64,000 bases of DNA from assembly GCA_964016885.1 (NCBI GenBank), contig OZ024743.1:60078001-60142000 (forward strand). The letters run 5' to 3'. The notes beneath the pieces are model-generated. The model was not told the origin of the DNA, ran no database searches, and was given only the letters and a program-made list of their open reading frames with translations. This document shows positions 42,672 through 57,576 of the stretch, piece after piece (position 1 is the first letter of the stretch; the number at the start of each line of letters is the position of its first letter). Made by a program: the position numbers and the translations under genes. The DNA is from Eledone cirrhosa. Its lineage: Eukaryota.

Positions 42672-42907
42672 GCTCATATACATTCAAACAAATACGCGGC
42701 CAATTAGCTCCGTGCCCACGTACATCTACAAAGATACATACAAGCACACATATATCTCTGTCCGTACTCAACTGAGATATACTCACAGTCATATAAATCT
42801 GTGTGTGATTTAGTTACCTTGATTTGCTGATATAATTATGCCGTTAGAGAGCTAATCCCTTAGTAAATCAATGTCCCTTTCGTGCATTAACATACAAAAA
42901 CATTCTA

Positions 42908-43270
42908 CTTCTTCTTCTTCTTGCTCTCGCTCTCCGAGGCCGGGGTCATCCTCAAACAGCGATACCAAAGCATCATTATATCGAAAGCCGATCAGGTCCT
43001 CAATCCTGCTCCATCGCTGCCAGCTGCTCTGCATCCTACAAAGTTAATTGGAGCATCCCTAGATCTTATCCAGTCATCTGTTTTGTGGCCTGCCACGGGG
43101 CCTCTTCCAGCCTGCAGCCACTGAGTCGAACGAGCATAAGGCCCTGGTAGGAATGTATGGTGGAAAGTGGAGAACATGGCAGTACCAGTGCATGCTGCAG
43201 ATAGCTATAAGGTGGAAAGCTGTGGGCTGATGCCTGACACTTTGTTGGAAACGTGGTCTCATCCGATGCG
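42908..43270 (-). mobile_element. 3' end of an RTE-like LINE
   Basis: GWKRPRGRPQNR motif near the end of the reading frame, followed by a short 3'UTR and a (GAA)n tail. Confidence 0.55.
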
Positions 43271-43296
43271 TTTGAACAGAATACAGATAATTTATC

Positions 43297-43440
43297 CTTA
43301 TACTCAGATGATATATATAATTTATAAGGTATATATATTCTCAGATGCTATATGCCATGTATATGTATATATATTCTCAGATGTTATATGTCATATATAA
43401 GGTATATATATTCTCAGATGTTATATATCACATATAAGGT
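43297..43440. repeat. Minisatellite, ~33-35-bp unit, about four copies
   Basis: tatatattctcagatg(t/c)tatat... repeated. Confidence 0.8.
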
Positions 43441-44225
43441 AAAAACTACTCCAAGTCGCTATCTATTACTTTTATCAATAGTTGCCATTGAATTAGTATT
43501 TGTATCATTCACTCAGACCAGTGACTTCCCAAACTACTAACCCATACCATGACATGCTTGATCTTCATTCTACATACAGGTGTGCCAATGTGTGGCCATT
43601 TGTCTTCGTCTCACATATCTCGATTTTTTCTTCCTACTCTTGTATGGAATCTCCAGACCAGGGAATATAGTCTAACATTGTAGACAAAGCCCATTCGGCT
43701 CCATATTAGATTTATTGATATAACATTGCAAACCCAAGCAAGAAAATCAACGACTCCAAATGGAAATAGTAGCTGAAACCAATCAACAAGGCTTAAAAGA
43801 TTTAATGACAATTTGTATTGATTACTCTTGGCGTGATATGATGGCAAATATTGCCAGGAAGATTATAACTGCATTCTTGTTAATCGAATAAACATCAAAT
43901 CATAATAATATTTATTTTATGAAGGCAGAATAATGTATTCACAAATAAACTAAATAATAGAATTAAAAGTAAATATTCTAAGAGTTCAAATAAATTGAAC
44001 CATTGAGAGTGGATGAATCTGACCGTTTTAGAACTGAGCTGACCTGCCGATTGAAAGAAAATGTATATATATATATATATATAAACTAATAATATATTTC
44101 TTAATGTAGAGTGTCGTTTGGTTTGTTATTTCTGTCTGCCATTCCATACACCCGAGAAATTAATCATTTTATTCATCAAAACCAATGTATATACGTATAT
44201 ATATATACGCATATATATATATATA

Positions 44226-44963
44226 AATGGAAAAAAGGAAACGAAATTTCATTTCTCACTCTTAGTACGGCTGTTACTGAAATATAAGTATGTATACGTA
44301 CATACATATATGTATACAGACGTACAGTAGTATGTATATATATACATACATGCACACATATATATATATGTACGTATAAATTTACCGAGCATTTATTATA
44401 ATGCTCGGTTTGTTTGTAAACAAAAATCCCGAATTGAGCCGGACAGTGTTTAGCAACCATCCTTGCCCTTTTGTTCAACACTGACAAAGTAACGATGTAC
44501 AAGTTTCAAGCTTATTAGCTATCGTCAGCACCGCATACCTTCCTGCCAGAGGATTGAACGTCTGAAAGTATATACTTTCCTTATGCATATTAACAGCTGA
44601 GCAGCCTAATTTGCTTATGGAATGAGTTAATAGGCCGGGCGCACCGACAGAGGTAAATGGAAAAAATGAAACGAAATTTCATTTCTCACTCTTAGTACGG
44701 CTGTTACTTAAATATAAGTATGTATACGTACATACATATATGTATACAGACGTACAGTAGTATGTATATATATACATATATGCACACACATATATATATA
44801 TATATCAATATATAGATAGATATATATATATATATGTACGTATGGATTTACCGAGTATTTATTATAATGCTCGGTTTGTTTGTAAACAAACTTCCCGAAT
44901 TTAGCCGTACAGAGTTTAGCAACCATCATTGCCCTTTTGTTCAACACGGACAAGGGAACAATG
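44226..44963 (-). mobile_element. Family A tandem copy (about 1.6 units, 466-bp period)
   Basis: aaatggaaaaaa.gaaacgaaatttcatttctcactc at 44226 and ~44656. HHR at 44492-44534: gcggtg-CTGACGA-tagctaataagctt-GAAA-cttg-TA-catcgt. Confidence 0.88.
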
Positions 44964-45092
44964 TATATATATATATAATATAACTTAGAGTTTACACTCA
45001 ATGGGGTCATTTACAATTATTTCAGCTCAATTATTGAGCAGTATAAATTAATATATGATAAACATTTACATGTAAATGTTTATCATATATTA

Positions 45093-45150
<58 letters not shown>

Positions 45151-45249
45151 TTTCTGAATTCGTGAAAAGTGAAAGCAACTGGTGCGTGTGTTTCTTATTG
45201 GCAACATGACCTTCCCAAAGTATAACAATATATATATATATATATATAT

Positions 45250-45484
45250 AGTTAAACAAAACAAGACCACACATTTCACAAGGAAGACATTATTAAAAGA
45301 TTGTCTACATATTTTAGTTTGATGTAAGTAATATAGAGATTAATAATAATAATAATAATGTTAATAATAATAATGTCCGTTTACAATTTCGCTACTCCAT
45401 ATAATATTACATCAAACTAAAATATGTTGACAATCTTTTAATAATGTCTTCCTTGTGAAATTTGTGGTCTTGTTTTGCTTAACT
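45250..45484. repeat. Inverted repeat with ~90-bp arms around an (AAT)n spacer
   Basis: 45250-45338 is the reverse complement of 45395-45484. Confidence 0.8.
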
Positions 45485-45668
45485 AATGAATATTTCCAGC
45501 TCTGCGCACCTAACTTCTGCATGAACCCAGCCACCTAGTTGCTCTCCACTGCATATTGCACATTGAGCCCATGCCTTTACGCTTTGGCTTCTAACTAATC
45601 CACCAATCCCTCCTCTCCTATCTCCTCTCCTATCTCTATCTCTCTCTTTAAGATTGATTACTCTTGAA

Positions 45669-45771
<103 letters not shown>

Positions 45772-45784
45772 TATATACATATAC

Positions 45785-45911
<127 letters not shown>

Positions 45912-45932
45912 TAGATATATATGTATATATAC

Positions 45933-46071
<139 letters not shown>

Positions 46072-46104
46072 TAGATAGATAGATAGATATATATGTATAT
46101 ATAC

Positions 46105-46181
<77 letters not shown>

Positions 46182-46210
46182 TAGATAGATAGATATATAT
46201 GTATATATAC

Positions 46211-46258
<48 letters not shown>

Positions 46259-47505
46259 TTAATTATACTATTTAAGGTTATGTAAATACAAAAACCTTAT
46301 GCAGTTATAAGTATTTCTTATATACACACCCTAAATAGTGGTAGGCAGTAATGTATTACTACCTTATTACCAGTAAGTTAAGTAGCTCAATGTAAAAACA
46401 TCAGATGATTTACAGAGCAGTTATATATACATATCCAAATTGCAACAGAAGCCCCCTCAATTCAATCTAGATATGGACAAATTGACAATCATATTAATCA
46501 TGCATCTCCTATCTCATGTACTGTATGTAATTTTTGTATTTATTGGATATTTTTTGTGTATTTAATATCTGTGTTTTTTGTGTGGGGGGGGGGGGGGGAT
46601 TTGTTCCATATGATAGAAATACTATCTAGGTACCCGCCAAACTACACCCATTCATGCTGTAATTTACCTTCCGTCCTACTGTACGGTACTATCGTTCAGT
46701 ATGTAGATAATATACCTTTAACATTGATGCCCCTTTCCAAACTTCTTACTTAAACACCTCCCTACGTAGTAGATAGTATAGGTGCACATATTTTTTTTAC
46801 TCACTTCAATCTAGATTCTCACTTGTACATTCTGTTAATTTTAAATTTTTGATTTCTGATTTTCGATTTTTAATTTTTAGTTTTAATTTCCAACTCTCCA
46901 TTCATAATTTACACTGTGAAACCATAATACCTAGAATTAAGTATATGTTCTCTTAGAGGTTGATGGTCAATTCTACTGTCCATGCTTAATTGAGACCTAT
47001 TGATACTCACACTCTCCCAACCCCACTGTCTTTCGGCTGACTGCCACTGACAGGGTGGCTAGCAATAAGCTATACATTACAGGCCTGAATAGGTCATTGT
47101 TTGGTTGAGAAGGGGAACTGCCTAGGCGAATTTCATTGAATTCTGCGGTAGCTAATGGTCAACTTCTTTCGGAGCTGCGCCTGCGGGGTAAATTGGTACT
47201 CACAAGGGAACGTACGAAGAACCCGGGAGCACATACTTCGTCCATTCCCATGTCGATTCAATTTGGATTGCCTCGGAGACATAAACTTATTATGTAACAA
47301 GCTGTCTGAGGATGTCGCGGCATTGGCGCACGGAACAGTGTTGCCACTGTCGCAAATTGAAATATATCTCACAGCATTATTATTAAAGGACTTGAACATC
47401 TGAAACTACTTCGCATTTCCTTATTCGATATTTACTCCGTCACACCTATGTGGGATAAGTACGTAGAGTTCTTGAATTGAATTGCATCAACATTTGCCTT
47501 AATAA

Positions 47506-47566
<61 letters not shown>

Positions 47567-47568
<2 letters not shown>

Positions 47569-48190
47569 AAATATGAAAACATGGCCTGCTGCGTGGTTTT
47601 CTCTGTATCTCTCACTTCCTTTTACCCCCTCTACCAGTGACTCTCTCTTTTAGCCTCTTACTCACACTTTCACTCACTCACTCTCTGCTACTCCCTCTCC
47701 TACTTCCTCCCGTTTGACCTGTGCGAGATTCTTTCCTCACTCACACATCGACCAGGTCGGATGGTCTTTATTCTCTCTCGTCTACGATTTAACAGAACAT
47801 ATGTTCATCGAATTCAGGGACTTGACTCCTTCTTCCTCCCGTTTGACCTGTGCGAAATTCTTTCCTTACTCACATTTCGACCAGGTTGGATGGTCTTAAT
47901 TCTCTCTCGTCCACGATTTCACAGAACTTATGTTCATCGATTTCAGGGACTTGACTCCTTCTTCCTCACTTTTCGTGGCATTACCATCTTTGTTTGTTTA
48001 CTGTCTCGCTCGTCCCCCCTATTTACGTGTCCCAACGACTTTCTTTAGCCGTTGCTCGCACCAACCAGAGGTATATGGTCTTTAAAGCGATGAAATACGA
48101 ATGAAGGCTGGAAGATCAGTGATGAAGGACTAAATCTATTCATATGTAACCCATTTGCAACCACGCAGCACGCCATGTTTTCATATTTTA
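47567..48190. mobile_element. Diverged family C copy in opposite orientation, bounded by ~31-bp inverted termini
   Basis: aaaatatgaaaacatggcctgctgcgtggtt / aaccacgcagcacgccatgttttcatatttt. The interior matches the reverse complement of the 8315-11555 unit (tttacgtgtcccaacgactt, caccaacc.gagg.atatgg), with an internal ~128-bp duplication. Confidence 0.8.
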
Positions 48191-48614
48191 TATATATATA
48201 CATACATATATATATATATATTACAATTAAAAAAAATATGATCGACCTTCTCAGCATTCTGGCTCATATCCATGGCGCTAGAAATAACAGCCGTAAATAT
48301 GGGATTATGAATTCAGCTCTACCGAAGGAGCAGATTTATTTCAATTTAGTAGTCAATTACTATTATTAAGCTCTAAGAAAATACTTCTGGGCATTACATT
48401 ACAATTTAAAAAAATATGATCAACACTAATGTGTTTTTTTTGCAAAATGACAATAACTTTTTAGCCAGATAGAAATACCTTAATTCCAGTACATATAGTC
48501 CACCTGTATCGATCTAGAAAATATTAAATATTAAATCTATACTTACGGACGTAAAATGGCAACTGACTGGTGCCTTTTCTTAGAGATTAATAATTGTAAT
48601 TGACTACTAAATTG

Positions 48615-48690
<76 letters not shown>

Positions 48691-48935
48691 CTGTGTGTGA
48701 GTATGCGTGGCACGACATGCGTCTTCTTTCTTAGAAATCTATTAAGATGCCGCCTGTCATGAACACAAGATTGTCACACCAACACAACACATCATTCTAG
48801 AACTGTGCCTATTTTTACATGACTTTCACTGTTCCTTCATACACTAATCGGACGTACAATTACACATACAGACTAAAAAATAAGAGGGATATAATGGTGC
48901 TGGTGTTGTTGTTGTTGTTGTTCTTCTTCTTCTTC

Positions 48936-48997
<62 letters not shown>

Positions 48998-49003
48998 GTT
49001 GTT

Positions 49004-50061
49004 ATTCCTTGAATCTCAGTCATTGATGTTGGTTAACTGGAAAGTCCGTTGGAATGAATATCAAGCCACTACCTGCAGCCTCAGATATTCAGGACGTATC
49101 GGAGGGTTCTTGCTGTTCCAAGCAAGCATGCCTTTTGAAGCGTTCCAAAAAGCGTGACGGGGCCGATTTTCTTTAACCATCCCTGGAAACTTTTGGAGAT
49201 AGTCCCCAGTGCGCCTATGACAATCGGGATCACTTTGACTTCATGGCAGTTCCAAATCCTTTTCACCTCCCACTTTAGGTCCTGGTATCGGTTAATTTTC
49301 TCCCTCTCCTTCTCTTGCACTCTCGTGTCGAAAGGGCAGGCCACATCCACAATCAGACACGATCTTTTTTCTTTGTCCACAACCACCAGGTCAGGTCTAT
49401 TGTGTTCCAGTTTTTTGTCCGTCTGTATCCTAAAATCCCACAGCACCTTCACCTGATTGTTCTCCATTACCGACTCTGGCCTATGCTCATTCCATTTCTC
49501 AGAGTGTGGTAAATTGTTTACTTTGCACAGGTGCCAGTGGATCACCCTGCCCATCACATCGTGTCTCCAGCCTTTATAGTGGGTCTGGGCTAGGTGTTTA
49601 CACTCGGACACAATGTGAGCCACAGTCTCCTCTCTCTCTCTCCACAGATCCTGCACAGTGGGCTAGCCTCCTCCTTGTAAATATGGTGCTTCAACCATTT
49701 CGTTTTGAGGGCCTGCTCCTGCGCAGCCATTAGCATTCCTTCTGTAGCCTTTTTGAAGTCTCCTCTTCTCAACCAGTTCCATGTCTGTGGATCTCTAAAT
49801 TCAGTTTTCTCAAAGAAGGTACTATGAAAGGATTTTCCCTTAAGGCTGCTCTTCCTCCTTGATGTTATTTCCTCCTTGGACATCCCCTGGCCTACTGTCC
49901 CCTTCTTCAGTACAGTTCTGAGCATTGGCTCCTTACTATAGGTCACGTATTTGTATAGGTTGTTTTTCTCCATCTGAACACAGTCCTCTATGCTGATAAG
50001 ACCTCTTCCACCCTCAGATCTCCTTAGGTAGAGTCTATCGACATCACTCCTCTTGTGGAAC
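49004..50061 (-). mobile_element. 5'-truncated RLE-type LINE (R4/Dong-like) in (TAA)n
   Basis: DVDRLYLRRSEGGRGL, ATEGMLMAAQEQAL, CRIC..ETVAHIVSEC (CCHC), RHD and NRPDLVV..IVDVACPFD (PD..D nuclease); (TTA)n on both sides. Confidence 0.9.
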
Positions 50062-50127
<66 letters not shown>

Positions 50128-50128
<1 letters not shown>

Positions 50129-53100
50129 GACGACCTACGTAGTAAATCGTATCATCGTGAGCTCCGCAAAGGTTTGTTGTTTTCATTTGTTTAAAATTGC
50201 CATTTATGGAAAGTTTTTTTATTGTTAACTGTATATAAGTGCACATACATTGATTTCTGAAAAGGACACTCAAAAAGATTTAGGCCTTGAGCCTAAAATT
50301 TGAACTATTATAATTATTAAAAAAAAACTTTCTTTGAAAAAAACATGGACGACTCACAGCCACACGAAGCTGACAGCCTTCCTCACAAACTAACACCTCA
50401 CACCGAGACCATAATTGTAAATATTACTACGTTTGCCAACATTAAAAATATAAGCAGTACATATTTTAAATTTGTCTCAGGCAGACATTCATTAACCGCC
50501 ATTACCAATGACTGCATGTGTGAAAGCCGCCACCACCACCAACACTACCGCGACAACAGAAACGAAAGAAAAAAATAAATTAACCCGTGATATCGAAATG
50601 AATTCAACCAAAATGAACTCTTCCACACCGAACACCACTGACGCCACCACCACCACAACTGATACTAAAATTAATAATAACAAAAATAACGATAACAACA
50701 ACACCAACAAAGACATTAAGAATACCACCCTGAGTTTTGCCAGAGTAGCAAAACAGTGCGAAGCATTTCAGGTAACTCAGGAGGAATTAGAAGAAGCCAA
50801 AGAAATGGTAAAGAAAGATGGATACAGGGTCAGCCAAGATAATCTAAATAGCGAAAGAAAAGCAGGAGAACTGGTCTGGATCTGGGATGGAGCTCCTGAT
50901 CCAAGCGGACCAAAAAAGCATTGAGGAGATCCCAGAGGTAATAGACCTCACTGACGGCAGCCACCTCACCGTAATTGTCGAGGGCAGAAGGCCTAGGTGT
51001 GTCGTTTGAGGTGAAGGAACCCACCTAAGGGCTTTCTGCCCTCAGGCTAAAAGGTTGAGGCCACCTCTCCTACCCACCCCAGTGACTAAACCATCAACAC
51101 CACCAGCAGCAGAGATGGCAGCAACAAATGTAGCAGCAACAACAGAAGAAACTGTAACAGCAACAACCCCAGCAACAGTAGCAAAACCAACACCACCACC
51201 ACCCAACGCGCCAGAACTAGCACCCTCGCCAACACCATCAACAACGCCACAACCAAAACTAACGCCTGTGGAGGATTTTCCACTCCCCGGCCTATCACAA
51301 CTGGAGACAGATTGTGAAGACGAGGAGTGGGAAACGGTATCAGGAAAAATGAAAAAAGAAACCAAAAAAGAAAAAAATTCTCTTCCGTACCCCTCCAAAA
51401 ACAAAATACAGAGGGAAACAAATAAGCTATCAAACAAAAAAGTTAGGACAGATATGCCACCATCCACACCAGCATCACCAGCCCCATCACCCCAAACACC
51501 AACACGATCACCATCATTAACCCCAAAACCACAATCAACTACACCACAAAAGTCACCAAAAAGCGAAACAGAAACAAACTCACAACAAACGCAAACAAAA
51601 CAAAACAACCAAAACGATACACACTACACAGCATTAAATTTGAACAACAACCAATTATTACACTACATCCAACACAACACCAGCATCACAGAAAAAGACT
51701 ACACAACAACCCAAACTTCACACCACCTCCACACATACAAATCACTCGCATCGCACAGAAAACATACATGACACTAAAACAAAACTTCCCCAAAGGCATC
51801 GGAGACTTCCGACAAGCACTCTACAGGAGGATTTATAAGGACATCCTTCCTGAGGAGGTCACAAGCAGTGAAAATGATGGAGAAAGCGTCCTTCCTCTAC
51901 GAGAAGTAGGGTAAGTGGTCTTTCCCATCTTTTCCACACTATTTCAACATGAACTCACTCAGAATAGACAGCTTAAATACGCGTGGCTTGGGGTCGTCAT
52001 GGAAGCAGGGCCACCTGCTCAACGACCTCAGGCCACTAAACATAGATGTAGTGGCCATCAGCGAGACCAGAATCTCCGAAGCATTAGCCTTCGCACCGAT
52101 CTTCGCCGGCTACGATGTGTACGCATCTCCCAGCCGTCCGGGATCGGAGGGGGGAGTTGCTGTGCTTTTTCGGAGAGGTTTGGGTCTTACCATACGAGCC
52201 ATCTTCCTGGACCCAGAAAGTAAGTTGGTGGTGCTGGACGTGACCAGCGGAGACGGACAAGCTTTCAGGTTAGTGGCCGTCTATGTCCCGACAGGAACAG
52301 GGAGGCCTGATTTCTTCCGGCCTCTGGAGACCTTTCTTGGAACGTCCCGCTCTTTAGTGTTAGTGGGCGACTGGAACGGAATATTAGATGCACGCTATAC
52401 TGTGTGGGATTAGTGGATAGGAGAGGAGGGTGCAAGAGTCTCACCAACCTGCTCAGGCGTTTTCAACTGTCTGACAGGTAACGATTGGATTTCCCGAATG
52501 TGCCAATGTGGACTTGGACAAATCGCATAGTGTCATCCAGATCATATCTAGATATAGTATTTTGGGGGAAATAGATAGGTCTAGCATAGGTTGTCCACAA
52601 TTCAAGATAGTCAGCTACACGGACCACAAATTCGTGATGTGTGTGCTTGACTTAGATAGGCTTCATAGACGAGGACCCGGCTACTGGAAGCTAAACGCGT
52701 CCTTACCAGCGCGCAAGGCCTACAGATACCGGATTAGCGAACTAGTTAAGCGGGCGTTGACGGGGGCCATCGTCAACAACAAGTGGTGGTTTGCTCTGAA
52801 AAGAGCGATTAGAATAGAGTCCATTAGGTTTAGTAAGTCTTTAGTAATAGAGAAGAATAGAGCAGAGGGAGAACTAGTTAGAAAATTAGACGAGGCGCTT
52901 AGCAAAGGCATCGCGACCGACGTACTTGCGGCGAAATTGGCCCTTGACCAATTCTTCAATGCAAAGTACGAAGGCTGCGTTATCAGAGCTAGGGTGCGTG
53001 CTCTCAGATACGAAGGGGCGAAAGCCGTTCAATGGGCCCGAGTGGCGGAGGCGCGTCGTGGCATCAAAGCCACCATCCGGTCTTTGGTGGACCACGACGG

Positions 53101-55511
53101 GCGCATGCTACTCGATCCCGGGAAAATGTGTGAAGCTTTTCAGCGACACTTCGCTCAAATGTTCGGGGGCAGCGGCGGGCCGGATCGCGGGATGGACTTT
53201 AGTGTCTAGATCCACGGACTGCCGCGGCTCTCGGCCCCTGAGGCGGAGTGTTGCGAAAAGCCGATAACAGCCGCTGAAGTACGGGAGGCAATGACTGGCT
53301 GCACAAGGGGTAAATCGCCTGGTTTGGATGGTCTGCCCTATGAACTTTACGTACAAATGCCAGACTTGTTCGGAGTCCTCTTGGCGGACGTCTTCTGGGA
53401 CTAGCAACAGAACGGGAGAATTCCCAGCTCTGTGAGCCAAGGAGCGGTGGCGCTGCTGTGAAAGGATCCGAACAAGGCGGATAACATACATAATTTTAGG
53501 CCCATAACTCTGCTAAACACAGAGTTCAAGATTTTGGCCGAGGTGCTAGCAAAGAGGCTGGCGCTTGTCGTTGGTGGTTGTTCGGGAGAGGCGCAGACAT
53601 GCGCCATTCTCGACAGATCTATCAACGACAACCTCCACCTCATGTGAAACATCGTAGAGAGGGTAGCTAGTAACCTGGCACGGGTGGGTCCTTGATCAAT
53701 TTAGATCAGTCGAAAGCTTTCGATAGGGTAGACCATAGTTACCTAGCGGCAGTCCTGAGAGCGGCTGGCTTCGGGTCCGTCTTCAGAGGCTGGATCGCTG
53801 CCATGCACAGCGATATGTGGTGAGAGTGAACGGTCACTACGTATTGACTCTCGAGCCATTACTGCACAAACTGGAGACGTCGAGGGGGGTCCCGCGCAAT
53901 ACTAGGATGCGGAAGATCCGTGTCAGCATATGCGGACGATGTCACCGTAGTGGTGTCGAACGCCAAACACATCGAGGCGATTGGCACTACACTGGGAGAT
54001 TACGAAGCGGTGACAGGAATAATAATCAACCGGGAAAAGTCAGCGGGTCTGCAGCTCGGCACCTGGAGAGGCAGGTCCATGCCGTCCAACAGCGTCGTCG
54101 GGCGCTGGACGGACGGACCGGTTAAATTGCTAGGGGGTCTGGTTTGGTCCGGACCTCCAGACGGACAAAAACTGGGACGAGGTGACGAGCAGGGTGGCTT
54201 CTCTCACCCAGAAATGGGCGGAGAGGAAGCTATCCCTGAAAGGTCGAGCGGAGGTGGCTAACGCATACATCGCGTCCGTCATCTACTACCGCCTAACCGT
54301 CGTACCTTGTCCTAAGCCCCGCCTGACTGCGCTGGAGCGTTTGCTCTTTCGCTTTTTGTGGAAGGGACGCGCTCCGATGGTCAGGCGGTCCATCTGCTGT
54401 CAACACCCGCTACGTAGAGGGCTGGGCATGCCGTGGCTGATGATGCGCAGACACGCGGTCAGGCTACGATATCTCCACCTCTTCCTCGACGGTGATCAGG
54501 TGTGGTCGCCGTTTGCTAGACACGTCTTTCCCCAGCTCGTCTCCTTGACGAAGCTGCAGTCGCAGGTCAAGCGAAGACCGAGAGGGAACGCTTGGAGACT
54601 GGAATGTCTTCAGGCGCTCACAGCCCTCGGCCATTTGGGCAATATGATCGGTGGAAACTCCACCTTGGCGTTCTATAGAGGATTAGTGGAGGGGAAGAGC
54701 GACGATGTACTTGGAGAAACTCTAAGCGTCGACGAAAATCAACTAGCCATTCCCTTCGGACGGACCTTTGGGCCGAGGCCTATGGACAACTTCCAGAAAT
54801 CTCTGGCCTGGCAGAGCTACCTGGGTGGTTTGCCAGTTCGGGATAAACTCTACAGGCATGGAGGTGCCGTCAGCCGGGCATGTCCGAGATGCGCGCAGGG
54901 CGACGAAACCGTCCTGCACGCACTCGTCCAGTGTCCGAGCATTGTGACTTGTGGGGTTATGTCGAACACCTGCTGTCACGTGTAGGACGGATCCGGCTAT
55001 CAACTGAGTCCATCGTGAGGATTTCCCCACCCCCTTCCTTTAGCCGGGAAGGGCAGGCAGTTTTTATCTGTCTGGTGGCGAAAGAGATAGTATGGTGGAC
55101 ACGTTTGAAAGGGCTGAAGACGAGCACTTACCTCTTCGGTGATGCCCTGATTAACTTTTTCAAATTTCATTTGAAAAGGAAAATCAGGGTAGAGAGTGAA
55201 GTGCTCTCTTCCCAGCATTTTGTTGAAATATGGGTGAGAGAAGCAAGTATGGCCCGAGTGAATGAGCCTACTCTGAGTATGTGTCTGTAAATTAAAGGTG
55301 CAAAACTGGGAGAGGGCACTTGCCCTGGTGATCAGGGTCACTGTGGTCTTTTAATGGGCTTTCTCCACAAATGTCTCTCGGAATTTTTCTTTGTTATTTT
55401 ATTACATCCTCTGTTTTTTTTACACGCAGAAATGCCCATTTGTACCGTCCTGTATTGTCCTGTACTGTCCTTAATGTTTACTTTATGTAAACCCTTTTGG
55501 TTAATAAAGAA

Positions 55512-55545
<34 letters not shown>

Positions 55546-55556
55546 TTATTATTCTA
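50128..55556 (+). mobile_element. Near full-length decayed Tx1/L1-group LINE (copy 1)
   Basis: ORF1 remnants (~50508-51915, with a CCHC knuckle VEGRRPRCVV*GEGTHLRAFCP) and ORF2 (51949-55290), then aataaa at ~55503 and an (ATT)n tail. Confidence 0.93.
51949..55290 (+). pseudogene. LINE ORF2: APE endonuclease, RT and zinc-binding domain, disrupted
   Basis: SLNTRGL, AISET, LVGDWN, YTDHK, GPGYWKLN, KSPGLDGLPYE, NFRPITLLN, LDQSKAFDRVDH, AYADD, CPRCAQGDETVLHALVQCP. Confidence 0.93.
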
Positions 55557-56844
55557 ATAAGAATTAAGATTGAATATCAATATTACCATTAGTGATTCAT
55601 AAATTATAGCAATGCGCTTACTGATTGTCATTCAAAATTCAAAGATCAAAATTCGTTCATATATGAACGAATTGCTTTCTTCAAACAACAACCGCAACAC
55701 AAAATACCTGAATGAGTCAAGTGCAACCATTACACTAGCCTCAGCACTTTTGCTTAACGCACATTGTGTCAGATCTTTCATCACAGCATTCCTTCTTTAA
55801 TCCTAACTGTGACCTCATCACGACAAATCCCACTTGGAGGGCGACATGGGGGTGTGAAATCTTATGATCTTCAGCGTGGATAGGTTGAAATTGCCATTTT
55901 CATTCATAATACCTTTACGGTAGAGGCAAATGCGATCATTTTCGATGCATAATATAGCCAGTGATGTAGCTGTTGTTTGGCTCTACAGGCCGTTTGAAAT
56001 CCCCCTAATATACTTCAACAGATGCTTCAAGAGGTTTAAGTGTCTTATACAGCAGTGCTATTCTTGTAACGTTCTAATGATGTGCGATTTCAGCCTCCTC
56101 TCTCTGGATTAGTCTACAAACATATTGATGTCAGGTATTTCCATCTCAACTCCTGACAAATTAGCAGTATAGCCACTTTTCCACTTTATTGATGCTTTTT
56201 TCCTGTCTCAACTTATGCCACATCAAAAATCTGTCAGAAGACATTTTGAACCTACTATTTAGTAACAACATCAGCCAAATGTTAAATCCAATTAGCACCC
56301 TCCGTCCAGCACATCAATATGATAACAGAAATCTTCATAATGCAATCACTCATGAAGTAATCACTCATGAACTTTCATAAATCAGGTTCTGGTTCAAACA
56401 CGCACACATCCTTCACCAACATGAAAACCACTTGTCAATATTTGTAGATACTGTAACAAATATCTGCGCAAAACATACCCCATTTTTATAACCCAGTTTT
56501 ATGTGAAGAAAACGAATTGTAGGATCCATGAATTTAGAAAAGCAATTATTATCAAAAACTCAACCAACTAAACTACTGTCAAGAGTGACACACCAATTTT
56601 ACTGGTTGAAAGCATCACAAAATCAGAACCTTCAAAATGACATGATGTGCATCACCAATAACTAGTGCAAACCTCAGAAGGACTGGATAATTGAGAGAAT
56701 TAATTTCAGTCACGAAGTCGCCTTTGAATTTTCTAAAAACACGAGATTACTGTCCCACTATTGGCCTCTGATTGCTGAATATAACACTCTCCATGATGGC
56801 GCTAAGCGTATGGGTAAGATACAATTATATAGTCTGCTATATAA

Positions 56845-56950
56845 GTGTTTCTACTTTTGGGACAAGGCCAGCAATTATCCCAATACGTTACTGGTACTTT
56901 ATTTGATCCACCCCTTAAGGATGAAAAGCAAAGTTAACCTCGGCGGGATG
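56845..56950 (-). mobile_element. 5'-truncated SINE
   Basis: Reverse complement of the SINE 3' domain (ctggtactttatttgatc..aaggatgaaa.gcaaagttaacctcggcgggat). Confidence 0.75.
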
Positions 56951-57576
56951 CTTTGTGTTCAGCAATCAATAATGTTAACATCCAATGCACTATATCCAAC
57001 ATGATAAAAACAATTACGTACAATTCAGCAATAGGCCCTGATGGTTTCCCTGCTCGTCTCCCAAAGGAATGTCGTAATCTAACTTGCTGTAGGTAATCTT
57101 TGGAGGAACACTGGATACAAACTATATCCCTGCTCATCCTCCCAGTTTTCAAAAGAGAAACAAATCCCTTGCAGTGAATTACCGTCTCATCGCACTCACC
57201 TCTCATATCATCAAGTTACATGAGAAGGTGGAGAGATCACAAATAACACTACCGTGAAAGCAACTGTCTGCTGAACTCCAGACAGTATGGTTTTCACGAT
57301 AGCAGCGACAGCGTAACGTAGCTTCTGCAACACTTGGATGACATCCTTAAGGCTTTGAGAAAGGTTGCCACACGGATATTATTTACCTTGATTTCAACAA
57401 GAACTTTGGTAGGATTGATAACAGCATTATTTTAAACAAATTATCCAGCACTGGAGGGTGTGGAAAGTTACCAGAGTGAATTAAGCATTCTCTCCTGAAC
57501 ATGAGTGAAGTATATGGTGGTCGAAGACAGTAGGGGCATCTAGGAAGGGACTGTGCAAGACAAACGTCTCTTCATT

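Noticed and set aside
45395-45484. GAAA..GGTC in the inverted repeat as a hammerhead
   Set aside because: No CUGANGA core in the arm.
47300-47475. CTGAGGA...GAAA possible large hammerhead
   Set aside because: Stems I and III could not be paired convincingly.
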